A stretch of DNA of 56,298 nucleotides, filler included, from Platydemus manokwari (GCA_037951405.1; 5 parts of 5 records of this genome joined end to end with filler, not necessarily neighbours in it), one strand, 5' to 3'. Shown: positions 26,011 to 39,040, numbered from the whole stretch's first letter. The notes: a model not told the origin generated them from the sequence alone. Numbers and translations: made by a program.

Positions 26011-27375
26011 TTTTAATCCATTGAATGTCGAATATCTGCAAAGACCAGGATAAGTAGTAACTCAGTTAATAAAAGAAAATTTCCACGTATTCCAGTTGAA
26101 GACTGAAAATGATTGAAATTCCTATTCCTATTCCACATATGCATGAATGAGTGTGTGAATCCTGAAAATAAGTGTAAGTTTTTAATTTGCTAAGATGGTA
26201 TATAAAATATCTCTTGAGGAGTACAAAAAATACGCATATAGCATGTATATAATTGTTTGTTTGTATTGTGTGGCGTTATCGTGGGCTGAATATCTGCTCA
26301 AAAATTTATCTAAGAATTGAAAAGATTTTCAGCGTTATCACAGATAAATGTGTAGCAGGTAATAAATTCCTGTTTTTTGTTGAGATTCTTTAAAAATATT
26401 TCGCTGCACTCCATTACAGATATTACGAAAGATACGATAAATATTTTTGAGGAGTAAATTGGATTTTTAAATGAACTCTTAGCTTCACAAATGTCAAAAC
26501 TATTCTGGAAAGAATATAATGAATCAATGCTTATAATCGAAAGATAATGACGCTCAAATAATTGATAAATATGGCCTTCAACGATCGTTTATATTATGAT
26601 GAGGAAGACTTTAAATTTCGGCCAGGTGGCATAAATAAGCTACTTAAAAAGAATTTTATAAGTCGGTTAGAGAGTATAAATCTCATATTCACTAAGTTAT
26701 TCATGAAATATCCATTAACCATGACATTCGATCAGACATATGTTGATAATAAAAAAGTTTCATTTTCTATGATTTTGATCAAAAATTGGCAGAAAATTTT
26801 GACGGATCGAAAATGAATTATGTAAATATCTGTGATAATCATATCGAATTTATAATGTTTCTTACATGTTTATATGATAAAAAAATACTCTGAGTGAATG
26901 AATGGCAATAATAACAGCGATAATTTCTTTTGATCTCTCGATATTGTTTATAGAAAGGGTTAAATTAAATGAATGCTGCAGTTTGGTAGCAGTGGAATTG
27001 ACAGAAAATTTGGGAGTTTTAATTGAATATAAAGAAATAATCTTGATATTTATTCGCGATGAAGAAGATTCTGTAAAGATTGAATTAATTATTTAGATAT
27101 TCATTATATTCAATCTATTTATCTCCTCTATGTTGTTATGAATTAAATAAATTTTTAAAGTAGGTTGCAAATCATGAAAATTTTAATGAACTTTACTAGA
27201 TCATACGGTGGAATTGATAGTTTCTAATAGATTTTATTAAAAATAATTTGTTCTAAACAATTGATTAAATTGGAATACCACACAAAAATTAATGTTAAAT
27301 TTAGCAAATATTTTGAACTTTATCAGATATTAACAGTTCATAAATATAACCAAGATCTCCGACATTAATCTAAAT

Positions 27376-27442
27376 CAGGGGTTTCTAGCATAAGCCACGA
27401 AAATTGCCAAAGAAACCATGGTCAATAAGTAGAGAAACTCTG
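27376..27442. mobile_element. Very short degenerate hAT-type MITE
   Basis: Imperfect TIRs CAGGGGTTTCT / AGAAACTCTG, with flanks atctaaat / acctaaac (6 of 8 TSD match). Confidence 0.5.
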
Positions 27443-28138
27443 ACCTAAACACACACACCTATCTTAAACATTGTTAAAAATGAAAAATAAGTTAAGCATA
27501 AATGGTAGATAAATTTTTTTTTAAATTTTAAAAAAGATTTATCATGCGCAATAATACATTGAAACTATAGAGGGTTTGATTAGTCAGGAGACTGGTGGTT
27601 GCATGACAACAAGGCAGCACTCTTAACGAGAACTGAGATGGATCAACCAAAATTTGTGAACACCGGAAATTAAAAGGGCACTAATTTTAGATTACCCAAA
27701 ATAAAGAAGAAAAGATCACCAGTAAAGGCTGACTAGTGGACTGACTTCTTAGAATTTGGGCTGCTAATTCCTCTGTACTAATCATTTGTGAGTGATATAT
27801 GATAATCCACTCTGAATCACGACATTTTGTTTTTCCCGAGTGCTCGAAATTGTTGACGATCTAAAAAATTATCGATCCCTGTTCTGTAATGGGCTCGGAG
27901 TTGATAAAGTCATATTCTTCGGGAATTCTAGTAACAAGATTCTGCTTTTCCTGAGAACTCCAGACTAGTTTTTTCACAGGTCGTCATTGAACGCTTCGAA
28001 GTTGACCGATCTGCTACTTTGAAGTGTGGTCTGTTGACATCAAAACATAAACTCGAATAAATAAATCATGAATCTTTTAAATATAGATTGCAATCTAGGT
28101 AAGGACTCTGAGTTGTGACCAAGGAGGAATATTATTAG

Positions 28139-28573
28139 TCATCCGGAAAGAATGCAGGTTGGATTGCCTGAGCTTGCCCACCCGCTTCTGTTCTGGTCGA
28201 GGATTTGAAGAGCGGTGTTACCTGTTTTGCGGAATCTCAAAGACAGTGACTCACGTCCGTGAAATTGGAAATCTCCTCTGACTTGTAGGTCCGAGTTATC
28301 CATCACGTTAAGAAGCATCCCCGGTTTGGGGGTGATGCTAGATCCAAGCAAAGTGTTGAATATTCGATGAGAGAGTAGCTTGGCCAACTCGGTGATGCTC
28401 TTTTTTGATATCCAAGGCACCTTAAATACGTTAAATGCCTTCTGCGGAACCGAGCCCAAAGAGCTCATCACGTCGTATGAATAGTCACAGTACAACAAGG
28501 TTTGTACTGCTTTATCAAATCTTGCAGCAGAGCATAATGAGCCAAGTTGATTATTCCAGTATTCATTCTTCAT
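28139..28573 (-). CDS. 144-aa intronless ORF of unknown product in a GC-elevated block; possibly viral-derived or pseudogenic
   Basis: Listed in the ORF track. The frame continues upstream past one stop (LFINLELIYI*RTHWVVEYSESILNVLS). Base composition is more balanced than the host flanks. Confidence 0.35.
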   Translation of the reverse strand: MKNEYWNNQLGSLCSAARFDKAVQTLLYCDYSYDVMSSLGSVPQKAFNVFKVPWISKKSITELAKLLSHRIFNTLLGSSITPKPGMLLNVMDNSDLQVRGDFQFHGRESLSLRFRKTGNTALQILDQNRSGWASSGNPTCILSG

Positions 28574-31500
28574 TGAGAGGACATTTAATATCGACTCGGA
28601 ATATTCGACGACCCAATGTGTTCTCTATATATAAATCAACTCGAGGTTTATAAACAATCTTTTTATAAGATAAGACACTGTTTCATTTTAATTTATTATG
28701 ATATCTTGTGAATTAAGAAACTGGTGAACCAGTCTCAAACAGTCATCACGTCTTTAAACAATTGGAGTAATGTTTCATTGGTTCAACGTCAACATAACAT
28801 GGACGGCATCTACGTTTAAATTTTTAGTAAATATAATTTATTGATTGATTTTCTATTTTATTCGAATTTTATTAATCATAATCTGATCTATTGGTGGATT
28901 TTAAAGTTCCACTAATAAGTTGCTAATAAAAATGCGAACAAGTTATTTTATTTTTAACCGAAGATATCAAAGACAAATCTAGATAATGAAAAAAATATTC
29001 CTGTATTTCAAAAACTACTCGCCATCTAACTTCCACAAAAAATCAACGTGATTCATACATTAATATTATTAATACAATATTATAACGATCCAATCTCAAT
29101 AAATTTCCCACGTAATTCCTAATTTGGCTCATATTTTAAAAATTATCACGGTTTTATTTCATCAGACTTTATTGAAAGGATCTCTGTGAGAAGCTTTACT
29201 TTATTTAAATGAAATTAAAATAAGCTCAGCTGCTAAAATTGAGCTAAAAGTCCAAACCAATCTTGTGCATATAAGACTGATTAATTTTCAAAGCGGCTTC
29301 TTATATTGACCATCATATCGGTTTGTAAATAACTGTCAGCATCCAGATGTACTAAGAACAACCATATATTCTCGGCATTTTATGCTGAATGGCCTAACAA
29401 TATTACAATGACATACGATACAATGCAATATATCCACTTGATAATCAGACCTTAGAAACGTGACCATGAAACAAATCACCATTACAAACCAGGATTAATA
29501 TCCAAATTTAGTAATCTTTTAAGAAATATATCAATTCATGTCTTGTTTGGATGTCCATTAGAAAAAAGCGCCACCAAAAAAACAGGTATTATCGCTATTT
29601 TACAAGACTAGTGTTATTCATGCATAAATTTCTGCAAATCGATAAAATGCATACAATGCTCAACATATTTATTTCATTTCTGTATTAACTTGGATGACTA
29701 ATTGTGAAGTTGTACGCAGGCACATACGATCGTTGACTTCTGTGATCTGATCCGGGTGTACTGATTGTGCGTGTGTGAGAGAGAAACTGTGTAAAACACT
29801 AACCAATAATGTAGAATGACATGTGTGCGCGTCTAATCGCCGAACATGTAGTAGCCCATCGAGTGTATTTACACAGTCGACATCAAATTCATTTCTATCA
29901 TTATTGGGATAAGATCAACTGACAAATTTCGACTCTATAATTTGAAGGTTTATATTTTCGAAATTTAGTATAAAAACCAAGACTTTCAGATATTTTCTTT
30001 GATTGTGAATTTGACTGAATTTGAATTTTCTTATTATCAGGTTAGTCATTGATTTCTTTTATTAATTTAAATTTGAGATGGAATTTTTATAATTGATATT
30101 TTCAATATACGCTAACGAAGAAATTGATGAGAAGATTTGAAATAAATCTCTGAAATTTATTATTACATGATCGAGTTGATTTATTGATTAATATCGACAT
30201 CTAATACAAATTTTTAGATTTTAAATAAATTGCAGTTACAAAATGGTGAACAATATTCGTGGAATAAATTTTGGTTTTATAAATAATAATAATAATAAGG
30301 GAAATAATTTTCAAAATAAATACTGATAAATTACAGTGGTTATCGGATTCAATAGTTGATTAAAACAAATGAATACATTAAAGTGATAAAAATTCGGAAT
30401 ATTGCTAAGAAATTCATAGATATGAAATCAATCGATAATCATCAGTGAGCGTGTTTCAATTTCAACTCTTAACAAGGTCACCAATAAATTAATTCATCAA
30501 ATTAGCTCAGTACATCAACTGATCAGACATTATCACAAACATCAGCCGGAATTTTAATAATCAAAAAGAACAATGGATTTATTTAATTAATTGATTGAAT
30601 ACTAGAATTTGATGAATACTATTTTATGGGAACCATTTAATACAAACCTAGCAGATAAAGGAAAAAAATGAAGGATCTATTTAACAATGGAATGTCTTGC
30701 AGGTTCGAACAAGTCACTGTGCCGGTTGCTTTTATTCCGAATTTATTGAGTCATATATGTGTGTGTGTCTTTAATAGAAGGATATTTAGTTGTCTAGTAA
30801 TCTATTTCTCTATAAAGAGTGCTTTGGAAATAATTGTGCGGCTGTTAAAGCATTATTATATCATTTATATTTGATAAGAAGAAATTATCTTCCTCAGAAC
30901 TTATGGAAATGTGTAATCTTGTCGAAAATATGCTTAAAAGAACAAGAGTTGAAAATTTTTCAATCGAATATTGGTAATCCAAGCGACTCAGGTACCGTTA
31001 AGAAATCCTTAGACTTATCCTATAATTGTCAATAATAAATAAATAAATAAATAAATATCGATAAATATTATTGTAACTGTCACACAATATTCATTGATTG
31101 AAAAATATGAATTTATAATTGACCTGAAAATTTTTTACAGGTTTCGATTTTCCATTTCGTAGCAGCTGCTAATTTAATTGTCAAAAAACAAATCTTCATA
31201 TTTCGTATCAATCATCACCGTTGTCATCAATTCTTGTCGTTTTGTTTCGAATTTTCTCCACATTTGTCCGCAAGTAGGTCGATATTCTATATATTAGCAG
31301 TTATCGTTAACTTAAAAAATTAAATGAAAATAATCTTTTTATCAATAAAATATTTAAAGAATGAAAATCATCGTGTTGTCATGGAATTTTAATTTTTTGA
31401 AATCAATAGTTTATATAGATTAGATTTTGATCGAAGATTGCCTCATTATAGATGTAATAAATCTCGATTTATTTTCAATTTGTCGTTTTATTTTCACGCA

Positions 31501-31681
31501 TTTTATTGAATTCATTCTTGGATAATGTTGTAAATTGTTTTATCGATTTAAATCATTCGAGAGTGAGACAACAATTAGCAACTAATAAGAAATGATATTA
31601 AAATTTTCAATGAAATCTGTTATTTGATCTTGTTATTGAAATCGATAATTCTATAGTTCAATGCCACAATAGTGGCTTCTG

Positions 31682-32564
31682 ATGGACTCGGACTTTACCC
31701 AGGCTTATAAGCAATCTCCAACCAAAGTTTATCCTATTTATTCAAAAAAATCACCTTATTATCCAGATTCTTACCCAAAATCCACGAAAATACCCAACCG
31801 GAAATCTCAGTACTACCCAAAAGTAAAGTTCTTAGCAAAATTAATTTTTTCCATTTACAGTTTCAATAATCTAGCAAATCACAACTTATTCAAAACCAGC
31901 TTACAAAACACAGAATAAAGATCAAAACATGAATCAACTCGCCCCACGATTCCAACAACGAGCAATGTATTCACAGCATTATCGAACCGATTATGATGCA
32001 TCTTGGCGTGCAAATTTCCTAGCTGCTACTTATCGGACAAAATATTACAATAAAAACTACGAAAATAATATAGTGAAAAAGTTCAACAATCTAGGAGTAC
32101 GACCCGAACCTGAAGGAGCACCGTCCAGTAACCAGGAAGAAGAAGATTACTATTCATCGGCATGTATCAATTATGATAAAGTGTTGAATGAAGACACAAT
32201 TTTGTATTCCGATTACGGATCAGACAGTGAGGACTTTAACATTGCAGAAGATTCGAAATCGTGCCAAGAATCAGAAGATAATATTCCCAATTCGTCATGG
32301 TCCACTGCTTCGCTAATAACACACGCTTTCAACAGCGCTAACTGTAACAAAGTCACTGTGATGTCATATGCAGTCATTGGAGCTGAATTGCATTCGATCA
32401 CAAAATTACATACAACAAAAACCGAGGTTGAATTGTTGCAAATATCAAAGAAAACTCAGAAATTAACAGAAAACATTGACAAAGCAAGAAAGAGTCTCAA
32501 AGAAATCGCTCTAGGATTGAGAGCGTGTAAACAAGAAATCAAATCCAAATCAAGCAGGTTATGA
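31682..32564 (+). CDS. Two-exon orphan protein (about 276 aa): Y/P/K-rich N-terminus, acidic middle, C-terminal coiled coil
   Basis: A phase-0 intron at 31823-31874 (gtaaag...atctag) joins ORF 31682 in frame to ORF 31929-32564. Possible 5' UTR exon donors at about 30041 and 31274. Confidence 0.7.
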
Positions 32565-33238
32565 ATTTTGTAGAATTAGTTTATATTTTCATATTATTTT
32601 ATGTGTTTGGTAATGGCTAATGTAATTTTTTCTCATCAGTTATCATATATTAAAGATCGACTACTTGAGTTTGTTCCAGTTTACTCGTATAACAATACCA
32701 ATGTTCCCAAACTTACATACTAGACTTGAACACCACTAGTGCAATATCAATCTCTACAATTTCTCAGATATCGTGTCAAATTTGAAATACATTTAGAGAG
32801 ATAATCTTCCCAAATGCTTATCTGTTAGACAAAGTGCGATACTACTTTGGTTTGTTTGATATTAAAAAAAATAGATCCTCAAAAATAAGTCGATCCAAAA
32901 CGAGATAGAAGAAATTAGTCCCATCATTTTAAGCTGAGATTTATTATTGATGTTGCAAGCTGCTTTCTGTATCTCGGGTTTTCAATGTGTTATTCCATAT
33001 TTTATCATTATGAATTTGTAAGATTCTTCATTAAACTTGTAACGCTTGACGAAATTGTTTGACAGATCGACTTGTTGATAAGTGATGATATCTTGTATAA
33101 AATATTAATAATAATAATAATAAAAATGATAATAATAATAATAAACCATTTCACGAAATCAATGATATAACATGATTATTTGCAGTGACGAATCATTTAA
33201 TAATATTATGAAAAATGGAAATTATCATTATATTTGTA

Positions 33239-33338
33239 NNNNNNNNNNNNNNNNNNNNNNNNNNNNNNNNNNNNNNNNNNNNTTAATTAATTAANNNNNN
33301 NNNNNNNNNNNNNNNNNNNNNNNNNNNNNNNNNNNNNN
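33239..33338. other. Assembly gap with TTAATTAATTAA spacer
   Basis: 44 N + ttaattaattaa + 44 N. Confidence 0.99.
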
Positions 33339-34089
33339 TTCTTAAAGATTTTGGGATGATAATCGTTAGGCGAACTCACTTAAATCATAAGATACGCTTT
33401 CACACCATAGAATCAGAATGAAAAATTTAAAATACTGATGTTCAATGGAAAATATTCCAAGATGAAATCTTTTTGACAAGTTATGGAATTGAATCCCGAA
33501 TTACGGCGGTATTCAACGCGCTCTTAATTTCGCTTCATGTGTCTCAACTTAATCAATACTGCTATTAATAATAGACATCAAAGTTTGAAAATTATATATA
33601 TTTTTAGTAAATTCAACACGAAAACATAAATTCTGAATACAATGATAATTTTTTAAAAATTCAGACCAAATCTAAAAATATATTTTTAATCAATACATTA
33701 AGTACATAATTCGACCCTCAAGTAATATCCCAATCATCTTTTTGTCATTCAATAAATCTTGGTTTTATTCAATCGAAATCTTTTGATTTTGTCAGGTTCA
33801 TCTTATAAAATTAATTTCTTAGTTTCAAAAGATTCTGTGATACCATTAATTTTTATTCTTCAGACTTTTCCAAGATTAACACATCTGTGGCTTGTCTATT
33901 AAAATGTTTGCTTAGATCACGTTTGGCAGATAACATTTTGCAACAATATTTGATAATTTAGTTTACGTACAAATCTATTTGATAAACATTTGTGATAATC
34001 TAGTGAGTTGGGTCGCTAGCTATTTTTAATTAGTATTGGAATGTCGTTACGATTTATCTAACGAGGTTGAAAATTTTATGGAAATTGTT

Positions 34090-35560
34090 ATAATATTTCC
34101 AATCACTTCAATGTCAGATCGTGCTAGATACACATACATATACATTAGAGTTCAGAAGAGTATTTTAAATTGTGTTCTCGTTTTGTTTATAAACCTCAAT
34201 ATATCTCAATTGTTTACCAGATCCTAAGTTTAAAAGTTGTTAAGCGAAAATTGTTTTTAGTAATTTGTTTAGATGTTGGTTATTCTAAAAATGAGTGAAT
34301 AAATTTCAAACTGACTTTGAAATTCGATCTTATCGGCTACAATGTTGAAATAAATGTTGTGGTAAGATAAAAATGGAAAAGAGACAGAAAATATTTTCTG
34401 TTGTGGCTCAAAAAACTCAAAATATGTTTATCCAGAAGCCTTCTTTTTTCGACATGTCAATTCAGGATCGAGATAGATAGTTCTAAACAATCAGAAATTT
34501 TGCTTTATTTTATCAAATTGAGCTATTTTTTGCGTTTGATTTTCTGCGGACAAAAACGAAGAATTGATCTTGAATAATGAAATAGAGATAGAGATAAAAA
34601 GGATATTCAAGATTGTATAGAGTATTTTTTTAGACAATAACGTTATTAAGCTTTGTAGATCGATTTGGAACTCGCTTTTAATAGCAGTTCTCGAGAAATA
34701 ATCTGTATAAATGTGCTTAGACTCTCGGAAATTAACAAGAGAACTGAGAAATTAACATTTCCAATAACTGATATTCGAACGTTACTGATCCCATATTTCT
34801 TCCTCTGCTAAGATATCCGGAGCTGAAAAGAAATTGAAATGGTCAAATGAGTGGCAGGAAATATCGACAATGAATTGTCTATGACACCATTTTAGTGTTT
34901 ATAGATGATGATGATATTTGTTACCGACTTATGATTTGCAATAATACAAACATTTTTGTTTTTCCAGGACAAATGATAGTCCCTAAAAGACTATTGCGTT
35001 ACAAGAAAGAACCTTTTGGCAATTCATAAATTTACTAGGTAACTTAAGTATTATTTAGTGGTAAAATGTTTCTCATTCGCATTTATCACAAGCCCTTTAG
35101 GTACACGGTTAGACCAGAAAATTTGATACTACTTTGAAAAAGGTTTCGAGTTCGAGCTTAAATATGAAAACAAAATTGAGCAAGGGAATCCAGATGGACT
35201 TTCAGTTTCAAGTGGAGATGTCTGTCCCAATATCATCAAGGAACTATGAACTATGTTGACCACGATCTGCGAAAAATTTAACAAACTGATACTGCCATTA
35301 TTTCTATTTTAAAATGGATACAGGATATTAAAGGAGTCAATACCGCAGCCTAACAAGTAAATTATCCTTCCACTTTTGCACTTTATGAAAATGCAAGATT
35401 TTTGAAGAAATCTTGGTTTGTAGTGTCCCTGTAAAGAATCATTTCGTTACGACAAAGTCCCATTCGCGGAAATTAACGAAATAATTTCATGACGAGCAAT
35501 GCCATATTGACAGAATCTGTCAAATATTTACTTATGACCATTTACGGGAGAGTTTATGAC
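34090..35560 (+). mobile_element. Older, heavily deleted Ty3/Gypsy pol relic, copy 3
   Basis: LDNNVIKLCRSIWNSLL...MCLDSRKL (about 34630-34735), KKLKWSNE (about 34830), DYCVTRK...LAIHKFT...KYYLV (about 34990-35060), FEFELKY...QGNPDGLS (about 35145-35205). Confidence 0.75.
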
Positions 35561-36484
35561 TAAAACTATTTATCCGTTAGTTATTGAGGGTAGATTAAGT
35601 GAATAATTAACATTAGTATCGCTTACCCGGCAAAATGAAACCAGTATTTCCAATTCGATCTTCATCTGGTGAATCTACAGATAATAATTTTGACGGTGTA
35701 GTATTCCAAAATCGATATTAACTAATCGGTGGTAAAATTTTTATAGAATAAATATGAAAAAATTAGCTATACACAAATTATTTTCTCCATATAAGAATCA
35801 TGATACAAGTTGTAATATAGACCAGCTGCAATGTCATACCCTGAAATTATATACTTATCATTATAAATAATCATTATCATTATATATTTCTTCATGTTCT
35901 ATATTACTATTATATACTCTCAATTTCCTTTTTTATTTAGTTTATGCCTTATAAGAAAATAAATTATCAAAGACTAACTATAAATAAATAAATAACTGTA
36001 TTAAAAATAATAATATAAACATGAGTGAACAAAAATTTCAAATTTTTAATAAAATACTTAAGTTTTCAAAAGTCTCCAATGTAAAATTAAAATTTGCAAA
36101 TTATGATGCTTTTATTAATAACAACAAAGAACGAAATTATTTCGTTAATGAAAGAAGTGAATTCGTTAATATGATAGAATGTAATTTTTTATCTATTGAT
36201 TTTGGTTGCAAATGCTATCGATTTACTAACCTCAGAGTTCATTGAACGACGATGCACCAGATCACCTAATTTATTTATATTAACAATTTTTACCTCTCCC
36301 CCGCAATAATTATAAGACGATTATTAACAAGACGTTAGCAATTAAAATCAGTCTCTAAAATTATTAGACAGATAACTTTGGTTTTATCTTTGTCTCTCTC
36401 CAGCAGCTTTGAATTTCCTAGATTATCTTTGATTTTGCATATGATTGATTCAAGCAAATCAATGAAATAATTTATCTGATCTGA

Positions 36485-36553
36485 TTTATTTTATGGGTCC
36501 ATATATTTTTCAGTATTTATTATACTGAAAAATATATGGACCCATAAAATAAA
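36485..36553. repeat. Perfect 32-bp inverted repeat with 5-nt spacer
   Basis: tttattttatgggtccatatatttttcagtat - ttatt - atactgaaaaatatatggacccataaaataaa. Confidence 0.95.
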
Positions 36554-37800
36554 ATATATAACGTGCTTACAAACGAATATTTCAAATGAAAACAATTTGG
36601 TTTTACAGTCCGAATTCGAATGAAAGGCTTATGTGTCTGTTGCCCTCGTCTCTTATTGGGTCCGAAACGTTCAATAGTTGCAATATATAGGAGTATGCAA
36701 TTGATTTTTAAAATTAAAATTAGTATTTAAAATACAGACTAATTACATGAGTTTCTTTTCTCCTGGGCTGAACAATGAATGAAACCTGGACAATAAACAG
36801 AATTGGCATGAAACACATTAATCGCAAACTTGAGGTTCTTCTGATAGAACGAGCCATAATCACTGTTTGGCTGTCTTATTTTATTGTTTTCCAAATGGGG
36901 ATTTTAGGATATTTCACCCCTCCTGGATATTCGTTGATTCTTCTAGATTTTTAATTTAATGGATTATAATTTATTTCCTCCATAATTTTCGTGATATTTT
37001 GAATAGACGGATTAAGTATTCGTTTGAATCTGTGATATTCTATGCCAGGGGATTATTTATGAAATTTTATATTTTCTTAATATTTTTTAAATATTTTAAT
37101 TAAACTTATAATTTTAGGCAAACAATATTTGAGTTTATTCTTTCGAAATTGAATTATGAAAATGTACGTAAAATAAAATTAATCGATTATTTTTAATCGA
37201 TAATATGAGGTATTCATTTTATACATCAATTGTAAATTTTTATCTAAAATGTCATAATACTGAAACATAGAATACCGATCGATTATCAGCAGTTATAATA
37301 ACAAATCTAGATCATTGGCATACAAATATCAACACGGAAAACTTATTTTAACAATTTTGAAATCGATTGTCAACTCTATAATAACAAATCTGAAATAAGT
37401 TCAAAATCTCAACAAAGGACGAAATAAATTCATTAACGAAGGAACTGAATTCGTTGATCAAAAGGTTCTGCGTCTGGCTCAATCTTTTGTTGCCATTCGA
37501 GATCGATTTTGGTTGCCTTTCAGGATCTCCAGAATTATGCGATGCCAATTTCGTTGAAAGTGCAAACTATTCTAATATGGCCATTTTTTATAAATCACTG
37601 AGAATTATTTAAACAAACGTATAATTTTAGAATCTTTCAACAAGTATCCAATTATAAAATTGTTAGTTAGTTTACAAAATATTTACGATGACGATAGCAA
37701 GTTGATTTAACAGTAAAATGAAATATAAAAAATATGAAAAATGAAATATTGGCGGCTTGCATGTTGACCATGCATTGGGATTAGATTCCGAGAATGTCTA

Positions 37801-38154
37801 TGTCATGGAATAATGGAAGAGAAGGAGGAAGATATAGATGTAAAGAAGACATAACGAAGTTTTACAGAAGATATATAAGAGAAAATGTGAAAATATAGAG
37901 AAGATATAAAAAGATTTAGAGATGATATAAAGAGATTATAAAGTAGAAAAGAAATTTTTATATAGATTAATATTTAGAGAATTTATAAAGAGATTATTAA
38001 GGATTCAGCGAAAACCAAAGATTTTAAAGAAAGGTAGATGTGAGGGTTTATAATGAATTGAGATTTTAAAGTCAGACTTTCTTAAAATATCAATCTGCCG
38101 GTGACTTTTTAGTTCGTTTCCAATACGTCCTTTATTAAATACTAATCACTTACA
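37801..38154 (+). mobile_element. Probable solo LTR (354 bp)
   Basis: Begins TGTCA and ends TTACA. Flanks gtcta / gtgta (4 of 5 TSD match). Purine-rich body with TATA-like tataaa and an ATTAAA about 15 nt before the end. Confidence 0.45.
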
Positions 38155-38981
38155 GTGTATATGATTTCCTCTTTTTTTAAACCAATCGAATTATGTTCCA
38201 GGAATTTTATGGGCAAAGCTTCATCAATCTTGTGAGAATATCAAATTGAATTCAATTTGACTTAGTATAGAATTTAATTTATATTGAATTTGATTTTAAA
38301 TTGAATTTAATTAGAATGGAATGTCGAGTCTTTTCAGTTCGTTTTCGATTCGGGTTACAAATCTCATGGGTAAGACAAGTATGATTGTCTTGTTCAGTGA
38401 TGGATAATTGAAAACTGATGACAATTTAGAAATTTTTGATTGGCTATTTGTTTGGGTATAGATGAAATATTTGTGTGAGTGTTCCATCTTAAAGGATTTC
38501 TTTGTAGTTTTTAATCTTGCTTGATTTCCGGTCGTTTTTGATGTTCTCGATAATACATTACGAGTAACAAACAATCTAAATTATTACTGGAATCATCAAA
38601 TTAAAGGATGCAAGAACTCATACATTTTCAAAACAGGAAAATATGATGTACAATAATTATTTAATCAATATTCGGGTTGAATAACTTTTAACTGTATCAA
38701 ATATTTTGTGTTCAGGATTTACCAATATTGTCGTTAATATCAACTTACCATGTTTATCATTTTTTTAAATGAATTGTCTTTCTTTAGGCATTCCCTCTGT
38801 ACAGACAATTTACCATTGATTTTAAAATGGTTTAAATTTACAACTCTCAGTTCATTCAGTATTTTCACAAATACGTGAAAATTTAAAAACTTAAAGATTA
38901 ACAGGTACAATAAATTCGATGGCACATAGAACAACATAGATACAATAAATAAAAAAATAAACCACCTTTGGTTGAAAAATG

Positions 38982-39040
38982 GGCCCTATTTCGGCCCTCC
39001 ATAGGCCTCATCAGTATCCCGGTTCAGAGATAAATAGTAC
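38982..39040 (-). ncRNA. Type III hammerhead ribozyme, apparently intact
   Basis: Minus strand: CUAU-U | UAUCUC-UGAACC-GGGAUA | CUGAUGA | GGCC-UAUGGAG-GGCC | GAA-AUAG. It has the complete core, a 6-bp stem I, a 4-5-bp stem II, a 4-bp stem III (CUAU/AUAG) and NUH = AUU. Confidence 0.88.

Noticed and set aside
38416-38436. CTGATGA...GAAA
   Set aside because: No stem II pairing between the boxes.
36740-38940. Scattered ORFs and exon-like pieces on both strands (e.g. 37348-37548, 38311-38574)
   Set aside because: I could not assemble a consistent gene model or recognise a domain, including any Penelope RT next to the hammerheads.
38970-39020. Reading the hammerhead as a minimal type I with palindromic GGGCCC stem III
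   Set aside because: Downstream stem I pairing is poor (3 of 5), whereas the type III fold pairs fully.
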